Positions 38,654 through 48,358 of a stretch of 64,000 bases of DNA are shown here, piece after piece. Position numbers and translations under genes: made by a program. The notes beneath the pieces are model-generated. The model did not search any database. It saw only the letters and a list, made by a program, of their open reading frames with translations, and was not told where the DNA came from. This DNA comes from Cyanobacteria bacterium auto_48_18 (lineage in GTDB: Bacteria; Cyanobacteriota; Vampirovibrionia; Obscuribacterales; Obscuribacteraceae): positions 351,420 to 415,419 of the forward strand of contig JAVHQC010000022.1 of assembly GCA_036170915.1 (NCBI GenBank), written 5' to 3'. Position 1 is the first letter of the stretch. Every line of letters starts with the position of its first letter.

Positions 38654-40213
38654 CTATACTTTTGCCGCTTTCAGTTTTATTTCGATTTCGAGGCCATGCG
38701 GCACTTTGTTGCGAATCACCATAGAGCCTTGACAGGCGGTGATGCACGATTTAACAATAGCCAAGCCGAGTCCTGCCCCACCATAACTGCGACTGCGAGA
38801 AGCTTCTGGTCTGAAGAATGGTTCGCCTAAATGTTTCAATGCTTCGGGGGGCACTCCCGGCCCCTGATCGGCAATGATCACTGTTATGTCTTCACCATTC
38901 AGTATTCCACTAATAGTAATTTTGTCTTCACTGCCTGCATAACGCACGCTATTGCGAAGCATATTGCCAATGGCGCGCTCAAGCAACATATGGTCTGCCA
39001 GAGGCACCACATCGTCGCCAATTTCAATCGAAATAGTTTCTGCAATGGCCAGTCGCAGGGCCAGATTTTGCACCAGTGGTTTGAGCGGTACTGCTACCAG
39101 GTCTTGCGTGGTGCCTTTTAGTTCTGCTTTTGAAAATGACAGCAATTCGTTCACAAGACTATTCATCTCGGTCACTTCTTCTTTAATGTCTTTGATCATG
39201 TTTTGTTGGTCGGCAGTGGATGACTCTTCTAAAAGCTCTAGTGCCATCTGCAACCGGGCAATTGGTGTACAGAGCTCGTGTGAAATATCACCCATCAGTC
39301 GCTTTTGCCCCACCACAAAAATACTGATGCGCTCCGCCATGGAATTTACCGCTTCAGCCAACCGCCCTAGTTCATCGTTGCGGTTGGTATTTAGTCTGGT
39401 GTCGAAATGCCCGTCTGCTATTTCTTCAGTGGCTCGGGTGAGGGTAGTGAGCGCCTTGGTAATCTGAAGAATAAATGGCAACCAGAAAAGCATGGAGAAA
39501 GTCAGAACCGTAGCCAGTGTCAGCGCCACCATTTTTAAATCAATCAGTAAGTTGCTTTGCCAAATATTGTCTGACATTGCCACAAGTGCCAGCGGCCTTG
39601 GCGGTTCACCGGGCATTGATGGCAATATTAAGTGCGTACCGAACCAGAAACAATCAGGATTATTTGTATGAATTAAAAAGCGACCATGAGGTGGAGGAGC
39701 TGGTGGTGGCCAACCGGGCAGCATATCAGATTGTGGTAGCGGGCGCGGGTGCGGTAGCGGGAGGGGGCGCGGTCGAGACATAGGGCCGAAATCAGGCTGA
39801 AAATCAGGTGGTGGGCCAGGTCTGTCTAGGGGGAACGGCGGGTGTGGACCCCCAAATAGTGGATGAAAACTGACCTTGTCTTGCACTTTTGCAGGCAAAG
39901 TCACAGCTTCGCCTGCCAGTTGCTTACCACCTGTATCGAATAAATAGAATTTGACCTGATAAATCTGGCCGAAATTAGTCAGAACATTTGTCCAGTTTTG
40001 TTTTGGAGTTAGCCGAATTTGATCGCCAATGGTTTGCGCGGCAGTGTCAATGCGACTTCCCGCAGGGCTCTTAAGCAGAGCGTCCCAGCCAAATCCAAAT
40101 TCGGCGTTGAAGCTTACAAATAAAACTGCCTGAAAAATACCTAAGTAGATCAGTAGCAGATAAAGAAATTTTGCAGTGAGGCTGCGTGTGTAGGACTGCA
40201 GTAAATTTTTCAT
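38654..40213 (-). CDS. HAMP-domain sensor histidine kinase (CpxA-like)
   Basis: 2 TM helices, DELGRLAEAVNSM, DISHELCTP, NMLRNSVRY, DQGPG, GAGLGL. Confidence 0.95.
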   Translation of the reverse strand: MKNLLQSYTRSLTAKFLYLLLIYLGIFQAVLFVSFNAEFGFGWDALLKSPAGSRIDTAAQTIGDQIRLTPKQNWTNVLTNFGQIYQVKFYLFDTGGKQLAGEAVTLPAKVQDKVSFHPLFGGPHPPFPLDRPGPPPDFQPDFGPMSRPRPLPLPHPRPLPQSDMLPGWPPPAPPPHGRFLIHTNNPDCFWFGTHLILPSMPGEPPRPLALVAMSDNIWQSNLLIDLKMVALTLATVLTFSMLFWLPFILQITKALTTLTRATEEIADGHFDTRLNTNRNDELGRLAEAVNSMAERISIFVVGQKRLMGDISHELCTPIARLQMALELLEESSTADQQNMIKDIKEEVTEMNSLVNELLSFSKAELKGTTQDLVAVPLKPLVQNLALRLAIAETISIEIGDDVVPLADHMLLERAIGNMLRNSVRYAGSEDKITISGILNGEDITVIIADQGPGVPPEALKHLGEPFFRPEASRSRSYGGAGLGLAIVKSCITACQGSMVIRNKVPHGLEIEIKLKAAKV

Positions 40214-40962
40214 GGCCTGCTATCTGTTGGGTCAATAAGCATGTAACCAGCTGCGCGGACGGTGCGAATGAAGCGAGGGTTTTTAGGATCGTCTTGCAAT
40301 TTTTTTCGCAGGGCAGATATGTGTACGTCTATGGTGCGATCGAAAATATCGAAATGGCGTTCTCTGATTTCGTTGAGTAATTGTTCTCGAGTTTTGACCC
40401 GATTTTTCGCTTGAGCAAGCACCACAAGTAAATCAAACTCGACTGGAGTCAATGAGACAATTTCTTCGTCTAGCGTGGCTTTGCGAGCTAGCAGATCAAT
40501 TAAAAGCGGACCCACTTTAATTTCTGTCTTTACGCTTGACTCCGCTGGCCGCGCACGTCTTAATACTGCACGCAAGCGCGCAAGTAGTTCTCGTGGTGAA
40601 AATGTTTTTGGCAAATAATCGTCGGCACCAATTTCAAGACCGACGATGCGATCTGTTTCATCACCAAGCGCTGTGAGCATGAGCACAGGAATTTCACTCT
40701 GTTCGCGCAGCTTGCGCAAAACGCCGTAGCCGTCCAAGCCAGGCAACATGACGTCTAAAATGATGGCATCGAAATTTTTTCCGTCACCGGTTTGCGCTGC
40801 CTGAAGGCCCGCCGCACCATCATGAACCGAGGTGACCAGATAGCCATAACGACCTAGATAGTCAGTGATCAGACGACAATATTTGATATCGTCGTCAATG
40901 ATTAAGAGGCGCAAGCCTGCGCCTGTTTGTAAATCGTTCGCTGTATTGCCGGGAATAATCAC
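40210..40962 (-). CDS. OmpR family response regulator (CpxR-like)
   Basis: IIDDD, LDVMLP, GADDYLPK, DRTIDVHISALRKK, IRTVR..GY. Confidence 0.96.
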   Translation of the reverse strand: MIIPGNTANDLQTGAGLRLLIIDDDIKYCRLITDYLGRYGYLVTSVHDGAAGLQAAQTGDGKNFDAIILDVMLPGLDGYGVLRKLREQSEIPVLMLTALGDETDRIVGLEIGADDYLPKTFSPRELLARLRAVLRRARPAESSVKTEIKVGPLLIDLLARKATLDEEIVSLTPVEFDLLVVLAQAKNRVKTREQLLNEIRERHFDIFDRTIDVHISALRKKLQDDPKNPRFIRTVRAAGYMLIDPTDSRP

Positions 40963-41011
40963 AACTTTTCCTTTGGTTATATCAATGGTAAACCATCGGT
41001 ATTAAGGCGCC

Positions 41012-41057
41012 TTTACAAATGCTTTAAGAAGTCTGGTTTTTCCTCATAAATGCTTAA
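41012..41057. promoter_or_regulatory. candidate OmpR-family direct-repeat sites in the RR/Spy divergent promoter
   Basis: TTTAC-N6-TTTAA (11-bp period); AAATGCTT repeated 31 bp apart. Confidence 0.4.
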
Positions 41058-41133
41058 CTGCCATAGGCTTTGATAGAAGGGTTAGCGTTGGCTTTGAACG
41101 GGGCCGGCCCCAATCAAATCAAGGAGGAAAATT

Positions 41134-41877
41134 ATGAAAGCGTCTTACGCTTTATACCTGGCGATTTTAGCTTGCGCCATAGCAGGTGATGTTTCATTAG
41201 CTCAGTCGCCTGGGGGAGAGCGCAGTAAAGTGGAGGCTCAGCTCGGAGCACCACAGGCGATGCGCGGTGCTGCTGGTATGAGTAATATGAGTGGCATGGG
41301 TGGTCGCGGCATAATTGCAAGTGGCCCCGGACACTGTGGACCAGGCGGGCCAGGTGGATTCGGTGGAATTGGTGGCCATCACGGGCCTGGTGTGCCGGAT
41401 ATGGCTTTCATTAAGAGCCTTCAGCTGACTGACGCTCAACGCGAGCAATTGCACGCGATTCGTGAGCAAGTGCATCTTGCTGCTGCTTCTCGGCATGTGG
41501 AGATTATGAAATTGCAGCATCAGCTAATGGAAGGTGTTTCCAGCGGCGCTCTGGGAAAAACCCAGGCGCTGGATCTGCAGTCGCAGATAAATGTGCTGGA
41601 GAGTGCCGGTCGCAATGAGCGAGTTGCTTTAATGGTCGATATCGGTAATGTGTTTACTCCGGAGCAGCGCAAATTGATGCGCAAGCACATGCTCGAACAT
41701 GAGCCGATCATGCCTGGTGGACCTCCGATGGGACCGATGGGCGGGCCTCCTATGGGACCAATGGGGCTAATGGACGGGCCAATGGAAATGGCACCACCAC
41801 CTATGGCTATGGGCGGGCCTATGGGTGGACCTCCAATGGACGGGCTTCCAATGGGTGGGCCAATGGGCGAACCTTAG
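41134..41877 (+). CDS. Spy/CpxP family periplasmic protein with Met/Gly/Pro-rich tail
   Basis: Signal peptide, LQLTDAQ and VFTPEQR (LTxxQ) motifs; divergent from the two-component pair; RBS AAGGAGG. Confidence 0.85.
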   Translation: MKASYALYLAILACAIAGDVSLAQSPGGERSKVEAQLGAPQAMRGAAGMSNMSGMGGRGIIASGPGHCGPGGPGGFGGIGGHHGPGVPDMAFIKSLQLTDAQREQLHAIREQVHLAAASRHVEIMKLQHQLMEGVSSGALGKTQALDLQSQINVLESAGRNERVALMVDIGNVFTPEQRKLMRKHMLEHEPIMPGGPPMGPMGGPPMGPMGLMDGPMEMAPPPMAMGGPMGGPPMDGLPMGGPMGEP

Positions 41878-41920
41878 TAGAAAACCCAATTTAACTTTCG
41901 ACTTTAAGCATGCCTTGGCT

Positions 41921-41954
41921 GCCGGTCTCAATCAGCTCACTGAGCGAGACCGGT
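41921..41954 (+). terminator. GC-rich hairpin after the Spy/CpxP gene
   Basis: GCCGGTCTC...GAGACCGGT stem with inner TCAG/CTGA; no strong U-tail. Confidence 0.4.
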
Positions 41955-42005
41955 GGCTTGCGCCTGCGCACAAGTAAATCGGCCGCATTAATTCAGAAAC
42001 ACACT

Positions 42006-43202
42006 ATGAGTATTTTGACGCAAGAACCTCCCATTAAGTTAGCTGCTGTTCGAACGGCTTCTACAGTCACTCAGAAGCAGCGCTTCGAGTGCCTCACCGC
42101 ACTCAGATTCTTTCCTCTTTTTTGTGTAGTTTTTCACCACAGCCAAGACACTTTCGCATGCTTAAAAACAGTTGGCGAATCTTACAATTTGTCGCAAGCT
42201 TCTGCCTTCTTCTTTGTCTTTTCGGGATTCATTCTTGCTCACAACTACATGCAGCTTGAAGGCACAAAAGACACCTGTCGATTCTATTTGTCTCGCTTGT
42301 CGCGCATCTGGCCATCACATGTTCTATGCCTGTTTTTGCTCATTGCCTTGTTGCCCGAAGTTTTTAAGGTGACGAATGCACAGCTGCCAATGTTCTTCAG
42401 CAACCTGTTCTTAGTGCAAGCATGGGTGCCATCATGGAACGTATATTTTTCGTATAACGCACCATCTTGGACATGCTCAACACTGGTTGCACTCTATCTT
42501 GGCTTCCCGTTTCTGGCTAAGGCTGTAAAGAAATGCTGGTATCTCGTAGTTGCTGGAGCCGCGGCTTTAGTGCTTTTGTCTATAGTTCTGTGCAATGTTC
42601 TTCAACTACCTGAGTGTCAGGCAAGAGGCTGGTCTGAACTTGGAGTTGTGCACATTCATCCGCTCTCTCGCCTGTTTGAGTTCGTCATCGGTATGGTTGC
42701 GGCCTTCTTTTTCAGATCCATTGCAAAACGAATCAGGCCCGGCGTTTTCTATGCTACAGCTCTGGAAGTAAGTGCCATAGCGCTAGTTTGGTGGTTAAAT
42801 CTGAACACAATAACTGTCAGATCGTTTTCTATTCCGTTGCTCACCAATGCCGGCTCTTTATGGCTGGCCAATAGCGGAATTCCCGTAATTCCCTGTGCCA
42901 TATTGATTATGATATTGGCGCTTCAACGCGGCCTGGTATCAAGTTTGCTAAACCACCGGGTTTTTGTTGTGCTTGGCGAAATCAGCTTTTCCATGTTCTT
43001 ACTGCACGGAGTATTCTTGGCACATCATCAAGTCAGGTATCCGCAGATGAATACATCACAAGATGCCGCCTTCTTCTTGCTTGGTCTACTGCTTGCTTCT
43101 TGCCTGATGACAGTACTGTTCGAAAAACCAGTGCGCAAGTTTTCATTGAAATTTGCTGATAACTTTCTATCGTTGAAAAAAGCAGAAAGTGGGGCGCTAT
43201 AA
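42006..43202 (+). CDS. acyltransferase 3 family membrane O-acyltransferase
   Basis: LTALRF, VVFHH, FFFVFSGFIL, RLSRIWP, LGEISFSMFLLH, FEKP; ATG 42006 preferred to 41910. Confidence 0.92.
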   Translation: MSILTQEPPIKLAAVRTASTVTQKQRFECLTALRFFPLFCVVFHHSQDTFACLKTVGESYNLSQASAFFFVFSGFILAHNYMQLEGTKDTCRFYLSRLSRIWPSHVLCLFLLIALLPEVFKVTNAQLPMFFSNLFLVQAWVPSWNVYFSYNAPSWTCSTLVALYLGFPFLAKAVKKCWYLVVAGAAALVLLSIVLCNVLQLPECQARGWSELGVVHIHPLSRLFEFVIGMVAAFFFRSIAKRIRPGVFYATALEVSAIALVWWLNLNTITVRSFSIPLLTNAGSLWLANSGIPVIPCAILIMILALQRGLVSSLLNHRVFVVLGEISFSMFLLHGVFLAHHQVRYPQMNTSQDAAFFLLGLLLASCLMTVLFEKPVRKFSLKFADNFLSLKKAESGAL

Positions 43203-44180
43203 ACCTTTAGCAGAATAGCTTTTGGATGATTCAATGCTTTTGGTGTCCACTGCTTCAAAGGCTGCACCAGTTAAACGCTTAAATTGATTAAGCGTGTCGT
43301 TGTTCCAGCGTTCATCCGGAGTACCACTCAAAAACCAGTTACTGCCGTTGTCGGCAAGGATCATTCCATATTTCTTCAGTGTTCGAAGAATTACTTGGTT
43401 CTCTGGACTGTAGTTTTCAATTGAAAAGTCTTTTCTCAGCCGGAAGCGTTTACCCATTGGTGGCAGCTCCGAGCTCGTCTTATTGGAAGCGGCATGGGTG
43501 GCCGGCCAAACGTAAACATTGCGAGTATTTTGAACCGTAAATCTGATTGCGTGGCCCAGGTCGCCGCTCGTTTTGACAGCTTCCATAAGCTCATCATATT
43601 GCACCAGCCCTGGTGCAATTGGAAGCCCCGCAGCATCTGCAGATGTCCAACCGTCAGGTCGAGTGTCGTTCTTTGTCAAATCGAAAATGGCGCCGGAACC
43701 AGCTTCGAAACTTTTTGCACTGGGTCTGACGTCGAACATCTCATATAGCATTTTCTTAGCGGGATCAAGAACGATCGCATGGCGATCGCTTCCACCTTCG
43801 ATTTTCAAGTTTGCCGGAATCGGATAAGGTCCTTTGTCACTCTCATCGGAATAATCGAATTTTGGCTGAACCCACTTTACCGTTGCCCGTCCATCAAGCA
43901 CTGTAAGCACTGTAATTGGAATACCAATGGGAGAGCCGTCGTAAGTTCCGGAACCAAAATCAAGATGCAGGCCTTTATCAGCACCGATGGAACTAATGTA
44001 ATTGGCCGAATGAGAATCGACAGGCAAGCGATCGATTGGAACCTTCCAGACGTTATTGCTCGGCATTAGTGATGCAACTGACGACCTGGTTTGTAACCCC
44101 TCGCCTGGTGATGAAAAAGAAGGTGCGCAGGCACTGAATAGCGCCAACGTGATTGCTAAAGACAGTGACACCGGCCTCAC
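43197..44180 (-). CDS. secreted conserved hypothetical protein
   Basis: Signal peptide; ESDKGPYPIP, DRH, GWTSADAAGLPI..GLV.YDE, HAIRFT, LKKYGMILADNGS. Confidence 0.8.
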   Translation of the reverse strand: MRPVSLSLAITLALFSACAPSFSSPGEGLQTRSSVASLMPSNNVWKVPIDRLPVDSHSANYISSIGADKGLHLDFGSGTYDGSPIGIPITVLTVLDGRATVKWVQPKFDYSDESDKGPYPIPANLKIEGGSDRHAIVLDPAKKMLYEMFDVRPSAKSFEAGSGAIFDLTKNDTRPDGWTSADAAGLPIAPGLVQYDELMEAVKTSGDLGHAIRFTVQNTRNVYVWPATHAASNKTSSELPPMGKRFRLRKDFSIENYSPENQVILRTLKKYGMILADNGSNWFLSGTPDERWNNDTLNQFKRLTGAAFEAVDTKSIESSKSYSAKGL

Positions 44181-44884
44181 TTGGTTGGTGGCTTCTTAAA
44201 GCTGTAATCCAAAAGTTGCGACTCCGAATCCATCGTTGCTGATGTTGCTGCGGTCTTGACCAAGCCTATGTAGTTTGCATACCAATAGCTCATGTTGATT
44301 GGCTGCCCGCCCTGGGTTCCGGTGACATTCACCTTCATTGCCTGAAACTTTCCTGCGGGCGTAACTACTTCTTCCGGCCCAGAAACTGTAGACATGTTAT
44401 CGATCTCGACGCCCATGTTTCCTTTCCCCTTCCAGGGCCAGGTCTCATCTTTCTTGGGTGGGTTCGTCAACAGCACACGTTCAGGAGAGAACTGAACTTT
44501 CATTTTTTCATCGTCACTGTATTGTTCTTTGTTCCAGACAACCTTGCCCTTCGCCTTTGTATACCATTCGTGGATCGTTTTCATAGTAGGGCTAGTGGTA
44601 TCAAGCTGCCACAGGATTGTTTCATCGGGCTGCTTCTCAGCGTTGATCACTTGAATTTTGAAATCTTCAGGTTTCTTCTCTATTGGCTTGCCGTTGACGT
44701 TGCATTTAACGTACGTGTATTTCCACCACCACTCAATCGGCTTGCCTTCTGAATCTTTGATGCGCACTGGATAGTAATCTGGCGGCGGCGGCACTCTCTT
44801 TGTGACAACAGGCTTCGCTGCATTGGCGCTTACCGTCGTTATTGCGGATACTGCTAATGCTGAAATTAGGATTCGTTTGATCAT
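44177..44884 (-). CDS. secreted beta-rich protein (TapB/DUF3108-like)
   Basis: Signal peptide from ATG 44884; EEVVTPAGKFQAMKV and YWYANYIGLVK. Confidence 0.7.
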   Translation of the reverse strand: MIKRILISALAVSAITTVSANAAKPVVTKRVPPPPDYYPVRIKDSEGKPIEWWWKYTYVKCNVNGKPIEKKPEDFKIQVINAEKQPDETILWQLDTTSPTMKTIHEWYTKAKGKVVWNKEQYSDDEKMKVQFSPERVLLTNPPKKDETWPWKGKGNMGVEIDNMSTVSGPEEVVTPAGKFQAMKVNVTGTQGGQPINMSYWYANYIGLVKTAATSATMDSESQLLDYSFKKPPTK

Positions 44885-44944
44885 AATTTTGCCACCTGAT
44901 GTTGAGAGCAATAAGTGAACTAGTGAAAGAGAAGTCATTCTACA

Positions 44945-46615
44945 TTGTTTGGTAAAATTGGCGAGATTCCTTCTGCAATGAACTCTCCAATTTTTATGTC
45001 ATTGACCAAACAAGACAAATCAGCTCTCCGCGCTACGATATTCCGCCATTTAGACGGCATAGCGACGGCGCCTACTGCCTACACCTTGCTTGAGAAGGGT
45101 GTTTTACAGCACCTGCTCGATCACAAATCGGCAGATGTGACTGAATTGGCTTCTAAATTCAAGGCCAATGAGGGATACCTCAATGTTGCTTTGCGCATAT
45201 TGTCCTCACAAGGCTGGCTCGATGCCAAAGTTGACAATGTCAACAATACGATTCAATACAGCGTCAATGCCAAGAGTGCCGTTGCCTTTGAATATTGCCG
45301 TCTCTACAAAGATGTAGTGACGCTGCTTCGCCTTTCTGGCCAGTTTCACAGGCGCAAATTCGAAAGAGCCCCCTTTACCGTGCTGGAGAGTATTTTTAAA
45401 AAATACAGAGAGAATTTTGGCATTGAATTTTCAAGCGACCCTGAGACCCGGTGCATTCAAGAACAAGTGTTGATGCATATTGAAGGCATTGCCATCGGCC
45501 CAACCATCGTCTCACTTGGCATGGGTGGAATGTTTCACAAGTACTTCATGGAAGCATCGTTTAAGGCAGAAGAGTTTCATGAAGACGCAGAAAGTTTCGG
45601 CAAGATTCTCGATTTCTTTGCCTTTTTAGGCTGGTTTGAGAAGAAGGCCGAGACATACAGATTCACCGAAAAGGGCTTATTTTTTGCCCGCAGGGCCAGC
45701 GCTTACGGCGTGACAGTTTCCTATATTCCTACTTTCCGCAATCTCGAAGAACTCATATTCGGCAATGCCGAAATTTTGACGAACACCAAACCCGAATTAC
45801 CCGAGCTACACGTAGACCGAGAAATGAACGTCTGGGGCAGTGGCGGGGCGCACATGAGTTATTTCAAAAAGATTGACGAGATCATCATCGAGTTGTTTAA
45901 CGGTCCTCTCGACGAGCAGCCAAAGGGCATTGTCGACATTGGCTGCGGTAATGGAGCATTTTTGCAGCATATTTTCGAGGTGATCTCTCAGCGCACGCTG
46001 CGCGGGAAGGTGCTTGAAGATTACCCTTTGCTGCTGGTTGGTGTCGACTACAACGAAGTCGCCCTTCGCGTTACTCGTGCCAACCTTTCCAAAGCCGATA
46101 TCTGGGCCAAAGTTACTTGGGGCGACATCGGCCGACCCGATCTTCTGGCCCGGGACCTCAAGGACAACTATGGAATCGCGCTCGAAGATCTGCTCAATGT
46201 GCGCACCTTCCTTGATCACAACCGACCATGGGAGCAACCTGCCCTGCCGCTGGAAGGTCGTGTCAGTCGATCTACCGGAGCCTTCTGTTTTCACGGTCGG
46301 AGGTTGAACAATAACGAAGTAGAAGCGGGCCTGTTAGAGCATTTCCGGCGCTGGGAGCCCTTTGTGCGTCGCTTTGGACTTCTGGTCATCGAACTGCACA
46401 CTGTCTCACCTGAGCTTGCTTCTACAAATATTGGTCTTACATCAGCCACTGCATATGATGCTACCCATGGGTTCTCAGATCAGTACATCCTTGAGGTTGA
46501 CGTCTTTAATCAAATCGCTGCCGAAGCAGGGCTGCACCCAGATCTAGCGCATTTTTGCACGTTTCCTCAATCAAATTTGGCCACGGTGAGCATCAATTTG
46601 TTGAAGGGCAAGTAA
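44945..46615 (+). CDS. class I SAM-dependent methyltransferase, AprA MT1-like, stand-alone
   Basis: VDIGCGNG; N.GYL.VALR, YGVTVSY.P, HVDR.MNV.GSG..H..YF, GDIGRP, RTFLDH.R, GLLVIELH, GFSDQY; start may be 44978 or 44996. Confidence 0.75.
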   Translation: MFGKIGEIPSAMNSPIFMSLTKQDKSALRATIFRHLDGIATAPTAYTLLEKGVLQHLLDHKSADVTELASKFKANEGYLNVALRILSSQGWLDAKVDNVNNTIQYSVNAKSAVAFEYCRLYKDVVTLLRLSGQFHRRKFERAPFTVLESIFKKYRENFGIEFSSDPETRCIQEQVLMHIEGIAIGPTIVSLGMGGMFHKYFMEASFKAEEFHEDAESFGKILDFFAFLGWFEKKAETYRFTEKGLFFARRASAYGVTVSYIPTFRNLEELIFGNAEILTNTKPELPELHVDREMNVWGSGGAHMSYFKKIDEIIIELFNGPLDEQPKGIVDIGCGNGAFLQHIFEVISQRTLRGKVLEDYPLLLVGVDYNEVALRVTRANLSKADIWAKVTWGDIGRPDLLARDLKDNYGIALEDLLNVRTFLDHNRPWEQPALPLEGRVSRSTGAFCFHGRRLNNNEVEAGLLEHFRRWEPFVRRFGLLVIELHTVSPELASTNIGLTSATAYDATHGFSDQYILEVDVFNQIAAEAGLHPDLAHFCTFPQSNLATVSINLLKGK

Positions 46616-46810
46616 GGCAAGGGTAAAGGGCGGTACTTTCCCTGCCTAGTGACACCACCAGCGGTGGTAACTACGGATGAAGTAGATCAGTTGCATCGAA
46701 CTTATTTCTTGAAGAATTTGGAACCTTTTCGTGTATTTTCGTGTGAAGTGGAACTGCGGTGATACAATTACCACTAAGTGACGTTTTAAAGAAGCTTTTG
46801 GAGCCGACAA

Positions 46811-48358
46811 ATGGAAATCAAACTCCAAAAACCGTCCATGTTTCAGGGATGTGCCCTCGCCTCGGGCACAAGTCTTGCCGGACTTGCAGCGCTTGTCCAT
46901 GCATTTGACGTTCAGGCGCCAGTTAGAAAACCTGCTTGTATTTCAGAGCAAAACATAAAAGGTCATATAAAGGAGATTCCTGGCTGGCAAATTTACAGCA
47001 AGCGATATGAGCTCGAACCCACCATTGAAGCCCATCTTAATTTTGCAATGCGATACGAAAGCCTGGATTTACTTGTTCTAAAGCGGATATTCTTGGCCCT
47101 GCCACCTCAAGCTGTAGAGAGCTATGTAAAGTCTGCTCCAACAAGCGTACTGACGCGTCGCGCTTGGTATTTGTATGAATTTCTGACGGGCAAGACGCTA
47201 AGTGTCACGGATGCGCCTAATGTCACCTCCGTTGACTTGCTTGATACAGACGAATACTTCACCAGATCTGGTGGCAAATTGTCACGCCGCCACAAGGTGC
47301 GTGACAATCTCTTAGGCACGGCTCGTTTTTGCCCAATAATCAGAAAGACTGATGTGCTGAGGTCTTACGTTGAAAGTGACCTTTCGAAAACCGCTCTGGC
47401 TGTGATTGGACGCGTGAGCAAAGCAATGGCAGGTAGAGCAGCTAGCTTTCTACTCTTAGCTGACAGTAAGGCAAGTTTTCAAATTGAAGGAGAACGGCCG
47501 CCGCGAAATCGAATCGAACGGTGGGGGCGAGCCGTAATGCAGGCAGGCAAAAACCCTTTAACTTTAGACGAACTGATTAGGCTTCACGGAATTCTTCTTG
47601 AGGACAACCGTTTTGTCATGGGCGGATTGCGTACCGAAGGCGTTTTTCTCGGCGAACATAGTCATGACGGTGAGCCGCTTCCTGAGTTCATCGGAGCCAA
47701 GTCAGAGGATCTTGTTGATTTGATGAACTCTTTAATTGAGACCAATGCAAGCATGAAGCAGGGTGGTTTGGATCCTGTCCTCCAAGCCGCGGTGACTGCC
47801 TTTGGATTTGTCTTCGTTCATCCCTTCGCTGACGGTAACGGAAGACTCCACCGATGTTTAATTCATCACACTCTCGCCGACCGACAGTTCACACCGCCTG
47901 AAATGTTGTTCCCTGTGTCATCAGTAATGCTTGATTGGATAGACAAATATCGCAAAACACTTCAAGAGCATTCTGCTCGTCTTATGAATTTCATTGAATG
48001 GAGTTCGACTGCAAAAGGCAACGTCGAAATTCTGAACGACACCGCTGATTTATATAGATTTTTCGATTGTACTCAAGCCGCAGAGTTCCTATACAGCTGC
48101 GTTCAGCGAACTATCGAGTCTGATCTTCCTCGAGAAATTGACTATTTAACGCGCAGGGACGAAGCAGTTAGGAATATTATGGATCTCGTTGAGATGCCGG
48201 ATCTTATGGCAGACCAGTTTGCAATTTTCGTGCACAGGAATCATGGCAAACTTCCTAGCAATCGACGGCAAAAAGAATTCGCAGCGTTAAAGGAAGAAGA
48301 GCTGTTGGAATTAGAAGAAATTGTTCGAACTGCTTTTGATGGTTTTAGCATCAGCTGA
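46811..48358 (+). CDS. Fic family protein
   Basis: Complete Fic motif HPFADGNGRLHR; SKASFQIEGE. Confidence 0.93.
   Translation: MEIKLQKPSMFQGCALASGTSLAGLAALVHAFDVQAPVRKPACISEQNIKGHIKEIPGWQIYSKRYELEPTIEAHLNFAMRYESLDLLVLKRIFLALPPQAVESYVKSAPTSVLTRRAWYLYEFLTGKTLSVTDAPNVTSVDLLDTDEYFTRSGGKLSRRHKVRDNLLGTARFCPIIRKTDVLRSYVESDLSKTALAVIGRVSKAMAGRAASFLLLADSKASFQIEGERPPRNRIERWGRAVMQAGKNPLTLDELIRLHGILLEDNRFVMGGLRTEGVFLGEHSHDGEPLPEFIGAKSEDLVDLMNSLIETNASMKQGGLDPVLQAAVTAFGFVFVHPFADGNGRLHRCLIHHTLADRQFTPPEMLFPVSSVMLDWIDKYRKTLQEHSARLMNFIEWSSTAKGNVEILNDTADLYRFFDCTQAAEFLYSCVQRTIESDLPREIDYLTRRDEAVRNIMDLVEMPDLMADQFAIFVHRNHGKLPSNRRQKEFAALKEEELLELEEIVRTAFDGFSIS

Noticed and set aside
28270..43790. A few GCGATCGC (HIP1) octamers
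   Set aside because: Only a handful noticed, far from the dense pattern of HIP1-rich cyanobacteria; not counted exhaustively
46720..46743. GGAAC...CGTG upstream of the Fic gene as a fourth ECF promoter
   Set aside because: The spacer is 15 nt and the -10 element mismatches
46616..48358. Fic toxin-antitoxin pair or mobile element
   Set aside because: No credible upstream antitoxin ORF, terminal repeats or transposase; the gene appears stand-alone
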